A stretch of 64,000 nt of DNA from Raillietiella orientalis (lineage: Eukaryota), in contig JAYWIR010000034.1 in assembly GCA_036172245.1 (NCBI GenBank), positions 1,922,001 through 1,986,000 on the forward strand, read 5' to 3'. The notes beneath the pieces were generated by a model. It was not told the DNA's origin. It saw only the letters and a program-made list of their open reading frames with translations, and ran no database searches. How positions within the stretch are numbered: the first letter of the stretch is position 1; each line of letters begins with the position of its first letter. This document shows, one piece after another, positions 11,767-24,719 of this stretch. The position numbers and the translations under genes are program-made.

Positions 11767-14700
11767 CGATGACGGTGATGCTGTCGCTGTCGTTGCTGTG
11801 GCTGTAAATGATGATATGGATGACGACGACGGCGATGGGCATGAGGGGGAGGAGGAAGAGTGGACCATGAGGGGGATGGAATGGGTCAATTTGAGAAGAG
11901 GGACTTTTGACCCCTTGCTCTGCGTGTAGGAGGGAGGCAATGGAGGAGCGGAAAGCGTGAGGTCGGACGGGCAGAGGGGAAGGGCGTCTTCCCTCTGGAC
12001 CTTCGCGATCTCCAAATGCACCGTCAGGAAGCGCCCTGCTGACTCCTCTCCCTTCCCCCATCCCTCGACAAATGCAAGGAGAAGGGGAGCAGAGGGCCGT
12101 CTCTTCCCCCTCCGCTGCTGTCCTGACATCGGCAGCGGACGCGCCTGAGCGCTCTCGGCCTGTTCTGGTGGAACAGAGAAGGCCCTGCCCCTCTAGGCTC
12201 CTTCCCCGAAGGGAGTCAGGCTGGGAAGCGATGCCGACGGAGGTGGGATGGTGGTCGTGATGCTCAACTCGTTCTCCCTCTTCCTGGGGAGGGTAGGGCC
12301 CTCCCTGCTTCCGCAGAGGGGAAGGGGGGCGGCGAGCTCCACCCCCCTTCCCCGCCGAGGAAGCGGGATGAAGAAGCGAAACGGAAAGGGAGGGATAAAG
12401 GGGGCACTCGACGTGCTCCTGGAGAAGAGTACACGCCACCGCGGCGGCCACTCATCCTTCCGCATGCACCTCCCCTCCCTTCGGACGCGGCCGCCATCTT
12501 TCGGCCGCCGTCTCCCACCTGTGTTCGCCTCCGCCGTCGCCTTTGTCGGCAGCACCAGTGGGTGCCAGCAGGCCAGCAACGGGAGGATGGGGAGATTTAA
12601 GTCGCGATGGGGAGGGGGGTTGGTGCCTGCGGGAACGAGCGGATCTCACTGGAGGATCCGCCAGGATACAGACCCCGTAGGGCCTTCCGTTCGCTGCAGG
12701 GTGAGCAGAAGAGGGAGTGCGGGAATGACCGACCAGGCAAAGCAAACCTCACTCCCGCCCCACCCTGACTCCTTCCCAGAGAAATCCATGAGATCCCCGC
12801 CTGCACTTACGGAGACCGACTTCCTTTCAGGATGAGGACATCACCCGATCGATGACCTTCTTCGACACCCAGCTGTGACCCAGGAGGGAGTGGCAGCGAA
12901 GATCACCCACCGGACGGTGCTGCGCCTCCGCCAGTCGCACCCCGTGTGGGATCATCGGACCACCGCGCGCGCCTGCATGGCAGCCAGCAGATTAAACGCT
13001 TGCAGGGCCTTCGGGCGCCACGAGGACGGACGGGAGGACGCTGCGTTCCTTTCACTGAAAGGTTCCAGGTGGTCCACCAAGGGTTTTCCCGTCTTTCAAG
13101 TCAGGTGCCCTGGTCTCGCTGGGACCCTCGCCAACTGCGCATCCCAGAGAGGCGGCTCACCTACCTTCCGTTCATAGAGCACGTTTTTGGGGTCTTGCTC
13201 GAAATGTTGTCACCTCCGGGACCCCTCCGATCGAAGAGAAAGGCCGCACGCTCCCTTTTCCCCAAACGAGTTGTCTCTCCTGCCTCCGGACAGCGTCACC
13301 TGCTAGGATCTCCGTCTCCAGCGGTGTTCCTCGAAGAGGACCATTCCCATGCCAGGACGAGGGAGCGGCACGGGCTCGCGACAAGAGTTCGTTCTAGAGG
13401 GCAGGGCGTGGTCCGATGGCTCTTTCGAAGAAGGAAATAATCTCCTGCAGCTTTCTCCCGGATCCCTTCGTTCGCTGCGCTCGGCACTCCCGAGGGATGG
13501 TAGCGACTCTTCCGGAAATCTCAGGAGCTCCCCTTTGCTTACCTGGGCATCTTCACGCTGGACCCGAGATCCTTGAAGCTTCCAGATCCCTGCGCACTGA
13601 GCCGCCACTGCTTCTGCTCCTTGCTGGAGCAACAATGGTCACATCGGAGCACCAGACTCGGTACTAGTTTGGGGATCTGTTCCAGGGGTGGATGGGTCGT
13701 CCCACCCCCACCTTTGTTGCGTGGCGCTCTTGGTCCGGAATGACAGTTTGCGGTGTCTGCCGATGGCCGCTTTTCCATCCTTCTTGTGCAGTGGTGACTG
13801 AGGATGCGGTTGGGGAACTCCTCTCTCATCGTGGGCGCCTTCTGCGCGTGCGGCCGTCCCTCGTCTCTGGTGGGGGCTGCCCGCGCGCAGGCGGCGAACG
13901 GGGCCGCGCCGCGTGGACAACCTTGCAATCGGAGGACCCTGAGTATTCTTCATCCGATGAAGAGTGAGGCAACGCACGGTGCTACCGCTCCCATCCCCCA
14001 CGCAGGGCACAGCCCTGCCCTTCGGCGGCGCAAAGCCATGCCCACATCAGACTCCAGATTGCTTGCAGGCTTTGGCGCTCGTTCGACTCCCGCTCGCAAC
14101 TCTGGACTGCCCCTCTTTTCTCGAGGCCCACCGCCTTGCCCTTTTCCCTGGCAGACGCTTGTCCCTCCCGCTGTCTGGACAATCGTGACGTCACTTTTGG
14201 GCCTGTAGGATTTCCTCTTTCCGAGAGCTCGTCCATCGGTCATGCAGGCAGCCACTCCTTCGCTGCTGTGTTTCCCGAAGAAAAGCCGGAAGCTGGGAAT
14301 ATATCTAGGACGGAAGGAGGCTCCGTTGGCGACCTTCCCAGGGATGCAGCCAGGCACCTCGGACACAAGGAGGATCAGGCTGTGGAGAAGCACCCGCTCA
14401 TAGGAAGAAGAAGCAGGAAGTCGTCACACATCCTTACCCTAGTGGGAGATGGTCCGCTCATCGTTCTCCTTTCCTGCTGGCACGAGATCACCGGCAAGGA
14501 GGTGCTCAGTGTGGCGAGCAGCAGAGCCGATGGGGATGAGTGGGTTCCCAGCGGTGCTGCTCCCTGCAGAGAAGCACGGCGTGTGCTATCGGCCTGCCTG
14601 CTGAGGTACCGTGGAGACGAGGCGCCCGTCGCCGTTGGCAATAGAGGAGCTCATGCTGCTGCTACCCTCACACGCCCCGAACCTTCCTCTTTCAGAGGGG

Positions 14701-17700
14701 CTGCGCCGCCCGCTGGGACAAGTAGCTTTGGGTTAAGGATCCGAGAGAGAAGGATGCCGGAGGTGGGTGCGGACTCCCCAAGGCAGGACTCGCTCCTAGA
14801 TTGAGACACTGAGGCCAGAGTCGTTCCGAGAAACTCCTCAGTGATGCCGCATCTTGGGTTTCGGTGCCGCACCCACGCAACAGCAGGGAATCACCGCTCG
14901 CCACGACCAGGGGCAGAGGCCAGCAGGGGGGGCAGGCAAAGTTGGTGGCTCACTACCTTCATCCGGATTCCTGCCAAGGAGGAAGGTGGCCGACAGTCTG
15001 GCAGTGCTGAAGGAAGGGGAGGTGCATCAGAAATCCTCCACTGTCTCCCAGTGGTCGCATACGGCTCCCTGCCCTCTCTCCCTCGTTCCGCGACGAATGG
15101 CGAGCAGCGAAAGGGACTCGTTCCGTGAGGTGCGAAGGGGACAGGCCAGGACCGAAAGACAAGTGCCACAGGTCACGTGTTCACTGGAGTCGGACTGCGG
15201 CGGAGGTTCTATCCCGCTTGTGAGGAGTCCCACGCGCAAGCGCCTCTCGCGGACTGACCGCGAAACTCCGCAGAACGAGGAACACCCGTCCTAGATCTTC
15301 TGCTCCCGAAGAACCCAAAGGAGAATCCGCGAAGAAACGCAACCCAAGACTCAAAGAGTGGTGTTTCCTTCGGCGCGAGCTTACACAGAGCTGCAGTGTA
15401 GGCAGGGCGCATCTCCAGCTCTCGAAGCTCCTTAGAGGGGCAGCTTCGTAAGCCCAAGGTCCTGCTGCGGAGGATGCTCAACTCTTCGGCTTCACCAGCT
15501 GCACCCTCCGGCGATCTTCTGCCATCTATGAGGAATGGCAGGGAGAGAGGCAAAGATGGAAGAGAACGTGGGGCCACCGTCGCCCCTGTCACGAGAAGTG
15601 GAACCCCAACTGGCGGAGGGCACAAGAGAGCGCCTCGGGGCAATTGCAGACAGGCTCGCTGTAGGCTCGTTGGTAGAAGGCATGCCACGGTTCTTGTGAC
15701 TTTCTCCAGCGCACCCGCGACCGCCCGACGCGCGCCCCTCTCCTCTTGTGAGATTTTGAAAAGTGCGGTCGGCTGCGAAGAACCAATAGCCTCTCCGAAC
15801 CTCGTCTCCCCAGACTGCCTGGAGGAGTACCAGCGATCTCCTGCGACCTTGGCACGGCAGCAGGCACTTGTGCGCGCGATGCACACGCGAGCCCAAAGGA
15901 GATGCATTCCGCAAGGAGCCTGCCTCTCGGAGAAAAATGCGGGACGATGGGGAAGTGGACCCGCGCATCTGCGCCTCCTAACCTTTGCGCCTTTTTCCTT
16001 GAGTGGTCGAGTCCACCTGCAGCATTGCAGGTGCTGCCAAGCATCTCGGAAGATGGCTGTAGGCCAGCTGGATAGAGGACACGGCCGCAAGAATGCGTAG
16101 AGGCTGATGAAGCGCTCCTTTTGCACGAGGACCCTCTTCTAGGAGCAGGAGCCATTGCCACGCGTAGGGACGAGGGGAGTGGAATCGTTCTCTCCGCCGT
16201 GCTGAAGGAAAAGCCATCGCAGTGCCCTCCGTTGGGGGCGGCAGAACACCGACGATGGCACACGCGAAGCCGCCGCACGGCGTCTCTTCGTCCTGGGAGG
16301 GCAGACTCGCCCTACCCTAGCGGCCAGGGAGGGAGCTGCCTGCGCCGTGAGAGGGCAGGGTCAGGAGAACTGCAGTGTGATGACCTCACCAAGAGATCCT
16401 TTATTTTTTCTCCTTTACTGCCCTCCCTCCTTTGTCTCCCCAGACCCCTTCCCCCGGATCGACCGCCTCGGGCATTAACGTTGCTCTTCCTTGTTGCGCC
16501 AAACCGTAAAGATTCCTGTGAGAATTGGGCTCCCAACGCGCATGTCCACAGGCCAGACGGGAGCCCCTCAGAAAAATGACCAGCACCCTGAGGACGCCCA
16601 CCTCCCAGGCTCCGTTTGTTGGTTCCTTTCCTCTTCCCTTGCGCATCCCAATTGCGTAGCGACTGAATCGTTCCCACACTTCCTGTTGGACTGCAGTGCC
16701 CTCCAGGAACTTTGGTAGAGGCTGAACTCTGCACTCCTGCACACCGGAAGCACTGCGACGGAATTGCTGCGGCGATTCTTCTTGAGAGTTGGAGCAACGA
16801 CAGATGCCGTGATAGCGACGACATACTGCATCTGTGCCATCGTCACAGCCCGCCATTTGCTGGAGTTTCGGGCGCAGCAAATGGAGGCCACCAGCATCGC
16901 AGCCTTCCACATGAGGACGGCTGCTAGGAGGCCTCACCTAGACGATGAAGTCAAGAAGGAGATCGCTAATATCCTGAGCCGCTTCTGAAGGGAATGGATG
17001 GACACTGTCGGTGACCCTTGTCCTGCCCTCCCTTTTATATAATTGTTTACTGTCCACTCCCGCCCGTTGTGGACTTTTCCCAGTGTTTCATGAAAACACG
17101 GGAAAGCCGAAGACCCTGCTCCTGCCCTGCAATTTATTTTTGTTTTTTGTTCCCATCCCCCCGCTCTGGACGTTCAAGAAACCGGTCGGTAAACTCCTCT
17201 TGAATTTCCTCTAGGCTTTTTTTTATAGAGAAATCACCGTTTCGACGGTGTATTTTCCAAATTGTAGGTTTATTTTATTATTATTGTAAAATAACGCCCC
17301 GGCGTCGCCAAGTGCAAATCTGTGCCTCCCAAGCTGCGCTCTTCGTGGGGTCGCGTCCTTTCGCTTCGCGCCGGAAACAGACTGATCTACGCCTAACAGG
17401 TTTTGTTTTCGGCCTCCGTGGCGACCCAGTGCTTCCAGGATGAAAGAAATGCGAGCGCTCACGCCCCGAGGGATCCGTGTCTTCCTGCTCGGAGGGACTC
17501 AGTGCTGCTGGATGAACTGTGATCCGCCGAGGTTGCCTGGCAGCAGTCCACCGGACGAGCATCGCAGCCTCTTGTTCCCCCTCTGGGGAGGAAGCTTCCA
17601 ACGCTTCCAGAGGAGCGAGGAGGGAACCCCTCGAAAGGCCGATCTGGTTCGGCACGCCACCCTGGCTCCTTGACCCGAACGCATTCCTTTCTTGAAGGGA

Positions 17701-17799
17701 CGGCAGCGGAAGAAAGAACAAGGGAGATGCCGCCGTTTCCTCCCTCGGGAGGAGCGTTCAACTGAATGGTCCAGCGACCACCAGCTAGCAAGAAGGCTC

Positions 17800-18800
17800 G
17801 CTCTCTGCCAGTCTCCGATCCCCCATCTCCCGGCTGGAGTCCGACTTCGGAGAGTAGGCAGATGATTGAAAGAATCGGAAGCTTTGCTGGCCACGTCCTC
17901 TAGGGAGCGGAAGAGAGTCACCCTTAGGGGACCCCAAGATACTGCTGATACGGCGGCGGCGGCCCTGTTTCGCTTAGGGAGGATCCGAAGGCGGGGAGGG
18001 AGACAAAGGGGCCCCTCCGAGCCGCAGAAGGCGATACGGCGGTGGACCAAGGGACGCTGCGGAGGCGCCCTCGTCGCGCCCCCCTTGCACCCTGGCAACC
18101 GCCGCTGCTCCCTGCATGAGGGAACGGGAGATGGCCGGCCAGGAGACGACAGGGAGGAGGGCCTGGGGAGGAAACGAACCTTCTGCCGAGCAGGTGCCTT
18201 CGGAAAGAGGGGCATAGTCGGAAGCTTAGAATGGCACCTCCGGCAGATGAGGGTTCCAGACCGCTACAGTCTGGCGTTTTCTCCGAGAGAAGGCTCGGAG
18301 CACCCCCTGGAGCGTTCCAGGAGGTTCACGCCCTCGTTCTCGGGGGCATCCATGCCCGCGTGACTAACTCGGATGGAAGGAGAGGGGTGAAGCTATGTGT
18401 TTTGGAAACCCAAGCTGTAGCGGCCGTGCCGAAAGGGAGTGTGCAGGCTTTGGTGCGGCGAGACGGGGAGCTACCGAAAGGCCGGCCGCCGTTGGAGATC
18501 GTTTGGCATGCTGAGACCGGGAGATGAACCTCTGAGGGTGTAGATGAGGAGAAAGAAGGCAGGCGTGACCTCTGCGGGCACATTTCACTATGCCTCCTGG
18601 GTCGGGCGGGGCGGAGCACACGCTGCCCCGCCCCACCCTCTCAGGTAGCCTGGAGAGGTGCTTCCCAGCATCTCTTGGGCGTTTCTGGCTTCCTGCAATG
18701 AAGGTGGTAGAGAGAATGGTGTGGAGGAAAGGGGGGGGGGGGGGCGGTTGCAGTGGAAGCAACTATGTCGACGCGCAACGCGTGTCCCCCTTCATTTCCC
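17800..18800 (+). mobile_element. Possible further LINE ORF1 remnant
   Basis: ORF 18231..18527 (HARVTNSDGRRGVKL...LEIVWH) resembles the ORF1 segment ATVQTDAGRRT at ~9780. Cys/His remnants follow (LCGHISLC). Weak. Confidence 0.3.
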
Positions 18801-19599
18801 TGCCTCACAATTCCCTCTCTTTGAATGATCCAAAGGGCAGATCTGAGAGGGGGAAGGGGGCTGCGCAAGACGGGGACTCTGGTGCGCCCGCTTTTAGAGA
18901 CTTCTAGAGCCCCTGAACCCCAACCGCAGGAACCCTTCCCTCCCGCTGACGCAACTCCTAGCTAACTCGTGGCGCAGCACCATCGCGAGAACACTTGTGT
19001 CAACGGTGCGGCTCCCCCGTTCGCACCCAAGGTGACGATTCCCGGGGGATGCGCGCCCTTTGCTCCTCCTCCGTTTGCTCACAGCACAGCGTGTGCACGC
19101 GGAGCGGCGGAATCCCACCAGCCCACCCCACTTACCGTGCAAGCACCGAGCTGTCTAATAAACACATAATGACGATGATAGCAGTAATATCGATTTCCAG
19201 CTTTCGTTCCAAAATGCACTTTCCCCTTTCTCTTTACACTTGGATGCTCTAGGCCTTTCTCCAGGTCGACTCACTGTGCTTGCAACTCTTTTGCTTCGAA
19301 GGTCCCCGTTCCATTGGGGTGCTGCGCTAGTCTTCGCACCGGTAGTGGGATCGGCAAACAATCACCCTCCTGGCACTCTTCTCGCGCACGCCAACGGCTA
19401 TTGTACCCCTGCATGCTTGATACCGCCTGGTCTGCTGTCACACGTTGAGAGGGAACGTGGGCAATTTTCCTTTTCCCTTCAGACGCTTCCAGGGCGCATT
19501 CCGCTTTCGTAGGGCTCTCGTAGGACCCCTCCATTGCTGAAACGCGTCATGCCAGCGAGTCTCTCGCCGCCATCTTCTTCCGGTCGCGCGCGCGGTTTT

Positions 19600-22500
19600 T
19601 CCCAGCTGGCGACCGCGTGAGCTGCTGCGGCGGAATTCCGTGTGGCGCTGCGCTCCTCTCCTCATGCCGGAAGATGCTCATCCTCCAGCCTCCTCGCTGC
19701 GGCTGCTGTCCACTGTTTGACCACAGGGACCTGAGACATCAACTTCGAACCAGGACTTCCCTTTCTCGAGGTCCAGGGCGGAGGCAGAGAGCCCCCGTTC
19801 GCCCAAGGAAGGCTTCCTTGGTTTCCCGATCGGACGCTCGCCTTCCGGGAAGCAACGACCTGCCGGGAGAGGGAATGAGGGAATGAGCCCTTTCTCCATT
19901 GCCGAGCGAGCGGCGAGTGCAGGGAAAGAGGGCAGACTGTCCCCTAGGTGAGCGCAGTGGCACGGACGGGATGGGGTCCCTCTTTCTCCTCCCACCGGAG
20001 GAGGCCCCATCCTTCACGGAGCGGGACTGATCGCCAGCATCCTTCCTCCCTTTTGCCTCCGCTCCGCGGAAGGGAGCGGCTTCCTGCCGATCGGAGGCAG
20101 GTGTTCCTTCCCACCTCCTCCACTCCCCGGGGAGGGTAGCACCTGCGGGCGGGTATTTGTAGGCCCTCCTGCGGTCGCAGGTACCGCAGACGGGAACCTC
20201 CAGCTGGCCAGGATGCTCGGAAGGACGCTTCTGGTGCTCGGGCTGGCGCTAGGTAAGAGGAGTCGAGGGTGCCGGGGTCCATTCCGGGCGATCCGTTGCG
20301 GGGAAAAAGGGGAAGCGCGCGCTCTCTGTTTGCAGGTTCGTCGCATTCCGCCTGGACGGGGGCAGAAAGGCGCTGTCCCCCTGGGTCCGGAGGCTGCGGA
20401 AGATTCCAGCCAGGAGGAGGAGGAGGAGGGCTGTCCCTCAGGTACAGGTGCGGCGGCGACGTCTGTCCCCTCGACCCCTTTTCCCCCAGGTGGACGCCCA
20501 CCGACACCCGCGAAGCCCTCGCGCTACTCCGGGAGTCCTGGCCAGGGAATCCTCCGCCTTTGGTCCTGCAGCCTCCGGACTCTTCCTTTTGCTCAGGTGT
20601 CCTCGGCTTCCTCTTATGCTTGCTGAAGTATCCTTTTCTCGTCGTCTACTACGTGGTCCGAGGTCTCATCCTCTTCGTCTACCGTTTCGTCATGTGCTTG
20701 TTCAATGCCTTTTGGATGACGATCCGAGGAGGTGAGAGGCAGGGGCGGGAGATGTCCGTGGAATCCCCTCCATCCTTCCCCTCCCACTACGTCGCTTTCT
20801 AGCTTCTTCCTCGAGTCGATGGACGAGGCAATGCCTCCAGCAGCACAGGCGTGCGCGCTTGACCCCACCATCTCGCCGCCAACCCGACCGGCACTCGGAC
20901 GAGACACGCGCTCTGCTTCTTCCCCGCGACCGGAGACCCCTGCGCACTCTCAGGAAGGAGAGGAAAGCAGGGAAGAGAATAGAGTGTCCCGAAACCGGGT
21001 CTATCTGTGCGAGGTCCGAAGAGGACCCTGCCGTTCCCGGGGGATCAGGCACGGCTCGCTTGCTCGCGGGCGAACGAAACTTTCGCGAGACTTCCGCTCT
21101 CCTCGACAAGCGCGGTTTGCACGTCGCCGCGCGCCTTTCGGGTGAGAGACGGCGACTGTGGGCCGCCTCGTCCTCCCCCCCCCCCATCCCTTCTGATTCC
21201 ATCGAGCGCTGCAAGATGCCGCTCGTAGATGGTGGGGGAGGGATGCTTTACCTTTCGAATCCCGGAAAGGCAAGGCGAAACGGAGTCGGCGCCCTCGCGA
21301 ATTCCTCAGCAAGAATCGAGAGGTTTCATGAGCCGGGCGGTTGTTGCCGTGGCTGCACGATCTCCCCCGTCACCGTGACTGCCGCTCGGCTCCGATGATC
21401 GCGATTGCGGATCGACTCGCGTCGTCACCTCGACGCGGCCGTTCGCGGCGGGTCACCTGAGGGAAGAAGACAGCTGCGGTCGCTGCGCGCGAAGTCTTCC
21501 GCCGCTGTCGACTATTTTCGTCGTGTTCGTCGGCGTTACTCGTTTTTTCCTTTTTGTTTCCTTATTTTGGCTGAAAAAAAAAAACAAAAAACATGCGTTT
21601 CAGGGTAGGCGAGGCGTGGATGAACCTCAGCCCGCAATCCTCCTGCTCCAGCAAATCACATCCGGGGAACTCGAGAACGGAAAATAAAGAGGGAGGAGGG
21701 GGCGAGGCCACACAAATTGCCTTTTCCGTCGGCGCACTGCTTGGCGGTTTCTTGTTCCGTTGGACTCGCGGAACGGGAAAGCGTTCTTCCTCGACGCCCG
21801 CTGCAGGTGGAGGTGAGAGCAGCCGACGTCGCTCGTTCCAGGGATGCGCGGGGCACCGTGCCGGCCGTCGCCGTGACAACCGTCCGCTTCTTGGGAGGCC
21901 GCTGGGAGCCGATTCTTCGGAGTCCCTCTTCGGCTCGGAAGCTGAGCGGCGTTCACCGCCGCGACGTCGGAAGGACGGAATATCTCCGCGGCGGACTTTT
22001 CGGGCATGGCTGACGTGTCATCCGCCTCCCCCGTCCCGGACATGTTTCCAGGTGAGCGACCGCTCTCCTGCTAGACAAACCGCCGTTTGCCCTGAAGCCC
22101 GCCCCTGGCGGGGTGGGTCGTGGGTGAAGGTGGCGTAGGTGAAACACTTGCTTTCCAGATCCCAACAGCAAGGCTGCTTGTCTTTCAGGCAACCGTGGCA
22201 ACCGAGCGCGGGGCCTTCGCTTCGGTCAACCTCGCGACGCGCCTCTTCCTCGCGGCGAGAGGGCAGAGTGGGTGCAGCCCCTCTGCTCTCTTCAAGGGGA
22301 CCGCGTTCCTCGAGATTCGACCAATGGTTCCCGCCTCTCCATACCCGACAAGAGGGGGGTCGCTCGCTCATGCGTCGCAGTTCGCGCGGAACATCCCTCC
22401 GAGGGCCGTCCGCGTCGCACCCTGAAGCAGGTCGCGCGCACGACTTGGCCCGACGGGCGCGCGCCCTCCCTGCTGAGGGGAGCGTCAGCGCGGTCGCAGC

Positions 22501-23300
22501 CAAGCTGGAGAAGAGTCCCGTCCGGTTACCACACACCTCGTCAACCTGCGGTCGCGCGTCTGCGCACGACCCGGAGCGCACACGCTGGTCTGCTCGGCAG
22601 TTCTGCATGTTGCGGGACCGGGAGAGATGCGCCCGGTTCGATGAGGGCGCGCAGGCTTCCCACCCTCTGGTCCTCGGCGTAGCTCTTCTCCGTGGGCCTC
22701 GCCCCGCGCCTTCCTGCTCCCGACTTCCTCGTCTCTAAGAGCCTCTCCGCTCACTGCGGCTGCCGTCGTGGCGAGAGGCCTCGCGGCTGCTGCCACTGCG
22801 CGGAGAAAGCCACTAGCCACGAAGGAATCTGAGGGGCCATCATCCGACCTTAGAAGACAACATATGGCAACGCAAACAGCTGCAGCGGCTCGCGAAACGC
22901 GGTCTCCTTTTCGCGCAGCGGCCACAGCCTCACGCTCGGACGCACACCGCCCACGCGTTCGCCGTACACCGACCGACCATCATACCGGGGGGGAAGGGGA
23001 GCAAGGCGTCAGCCACTTTGTTTCCACGATGTCTACCACGCCTCCCCTGCCGGGTGGCACCAACTCCATAGTCTCACCCCCACCCCAACGTGCACTGCTC
23101 GGGATATTACGTCCGGTCCGCTCAAGAGTGCCACCATCACTCTCAATCAACGGCAGTTCATTTCCGCAGCATCTCTTTGATGAGGAGGTAGGTGGCTCGG
23201 CTCTCCGAGCCCTCCGCATGCCAAGGTGGCTGACCACACGCTCAAAAGACAGAAACAAACCGATCTGGTTCACGCCGATCTGAACTCAAAGCACGTGGGA
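19600..23300 (-). mobile_element. Degenerate LINE remnant (endonuclease to start of RT)
   Basis: On the minus strand, in the expected order: VVDIVETKWL (~23030, cf. DIxxxxETWL), VAI (~22865), NGSPGMD (~20285, cf. KSPGxDG) and SW...VPATAGGPTNTRPQVLPS (~20150, cf. IPKxGxxxxNYRPISL). Boundaries approximate. Confidence 0.45.
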
Positions 23301-23899
23301 CTACTTCCTGCAGGGCAGAGACCCCGACCGTAAATCTTCTTCTCCCCGTAGGTGCCTGGCGAAATATCGGGGCTCCTTATCCGTCCGAATCCCCCTTGAA
23401 GGAAAATGGAAAAAAAAAAAAAAAAAGAAAGAACGCTACTCCTTTTTCTTCGTCTCGAGATCAGTGTCCTTTTCTTCCCAATCACCAGCTTATGGAGATT
23501 CATTCTTCATCGTCTGACCAAGACGACAAGCTCTGACAGTTCTTGTCTTATGACCCCCTTCCCCCTCTTCCGACCAGCAAGGCTCTAAGGGAACTTCCCT
23601 CGCTCTCCAAACTTTTTCAGTGCAGCATGAGATCCAACGGCGCAAAACGAGGCGGTCGGTCTCGTCCGACGCACCCCTTCATCCCTCACTGGGCAGTTCA
23701 TTATTATGCGACCTTAGCACGGTCAGAAGCTTGCAGCGGTTCGCTGTTAACCAACGGGCGGGCCCTACCTTACATCTCTCGCAAGAAGGTGTCCTCGAAA
23801 AGCGAACTTTTGCCAAACTATCCATTTTGTTCCACCCTAGAGGATATCCCCAATTCTTGCCGATGAAACCACGTAACCTGATTGTATACGCAATAGTGA

Positions 23900-24719
23900 T
23901 TGTATACGTAATTGCCAACCCCGTGACGCGGCAGGAAGATCCCACAATACCTTTGCCGCATCTATTTTTACTTGCTAAATATGTATTTACCACCCCAGTT
24001 TGAGTCTGCAGCTAATTACCGGAAACTTCAATTTGCGAGCGCGTCACCACCCAATAAGGCTTGACCTGCGTTCTGTACCGCGCATGCTGTTCCACTGAGA
24101 TGGCGGCGTCCTCAGGACGTTAGCAGCGACGCACACTTTCACCGAAGCAGGGAAGGCACCCGCAGCGTGCCAAGAATTTGGAGATCACGGATCATGTCCC
24201 CATTTGGTTCGGGTACGGTGCACACATGGAGATCGCTCTTGAGAGTGTACTCGAAAGGTAGGTGCTTGGCTCCGCCAGTACGTGCAGCATCAGCAGAGGG
24301 TGTCGAGAACCCCCGAGCGAGGGAGGCGCTGTTTCGTCTCCTGAGACAGACCCATCGTGATGGCGGGCATCACTCACGATGGTCCTCAGATGCCTTAAGT
24401 GCGAATAGGAGAATCGTAAATATCGGTTCCGCGGAGCGTATGGCTGGTTGTTATGGAGCTTCGTTTACTGCTGCACCTGACGTGACTGTTAATGTTGGTT
24501 TTTTAGGAGATTGGGTTGCTGTTTTGAAAGGAAATGCCGGTGGATTCATTGTGGGGATGAGAAAACTGTTGGGGAGAAGGGGGGTATGGGAAGCACGTTT
24601 TTTGCTACTGCAGCTTACGAGGTTGCGATGGCCACTTCTTGCACGTGCAATCAGTGGATTGGTGAAATGCTATGAACCTGCAGAGTTGAGTTTTGAAGTC
24701 AATAAATAAATAAATAAAC
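23900..24719 (+). mobile_element. Possible 3' fragment of a LINE ending in an (AAAT)n tail
   Basis: The 180-codon ORF 24167..24709 (contains REALFRLLRQTH) runs directly into aataaataaataaataaac at 24701-24719, a typical LINE 3' tail arrangement. The 5' boundary is unclear. Confidence 0.35.

Larger units (their letters stand above)
9370..17295 (+). mobile_element. Near-full-length but heavily degenerate L1/Tx1-like non-LTR retrotransposon (ORF1 + ORF2 EN-RT-zf-RVT)
   Basis: Collinear motif remnants across frames: ORF1 start (9410), knuckle-like PRCQG..EDDHVDGSKRC (~10383-10437), acidic tail then WVNLRRG (11882), WGDL (12588), PIDDLL (12845), VWDHR (12944, cf. SDH), EILEASRSL...SAP...NG (13567-13640), LP/QGCSQAP (~14330-14355), GGGSIP (15198), RIGLPTR...HPNCVATESFPHFLLDCSALQELW (16520-16715), stop at 16988, then a T-rich 3' UTR. 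Confidence 0.75.

Noticed and set aside
20269..20802. ORF with a hydrophobic, transmembrane-like stretch
   Set aside because: It is the antisense reading of a charged (Asp/Glu/Lys) segment of the minus-strand LINE remnant, with no splice or family support.
23983..24004. gtatttaccaccccagtttgag resembles the nematode SL1 spliced leader (16/22 ungapped matches)
   Set aside because: A rough binomial estimate gives about 0.4-0.5 such matches by chance over both strands of 64 kb. It is not followed by a GT donor or an evident Sm site.
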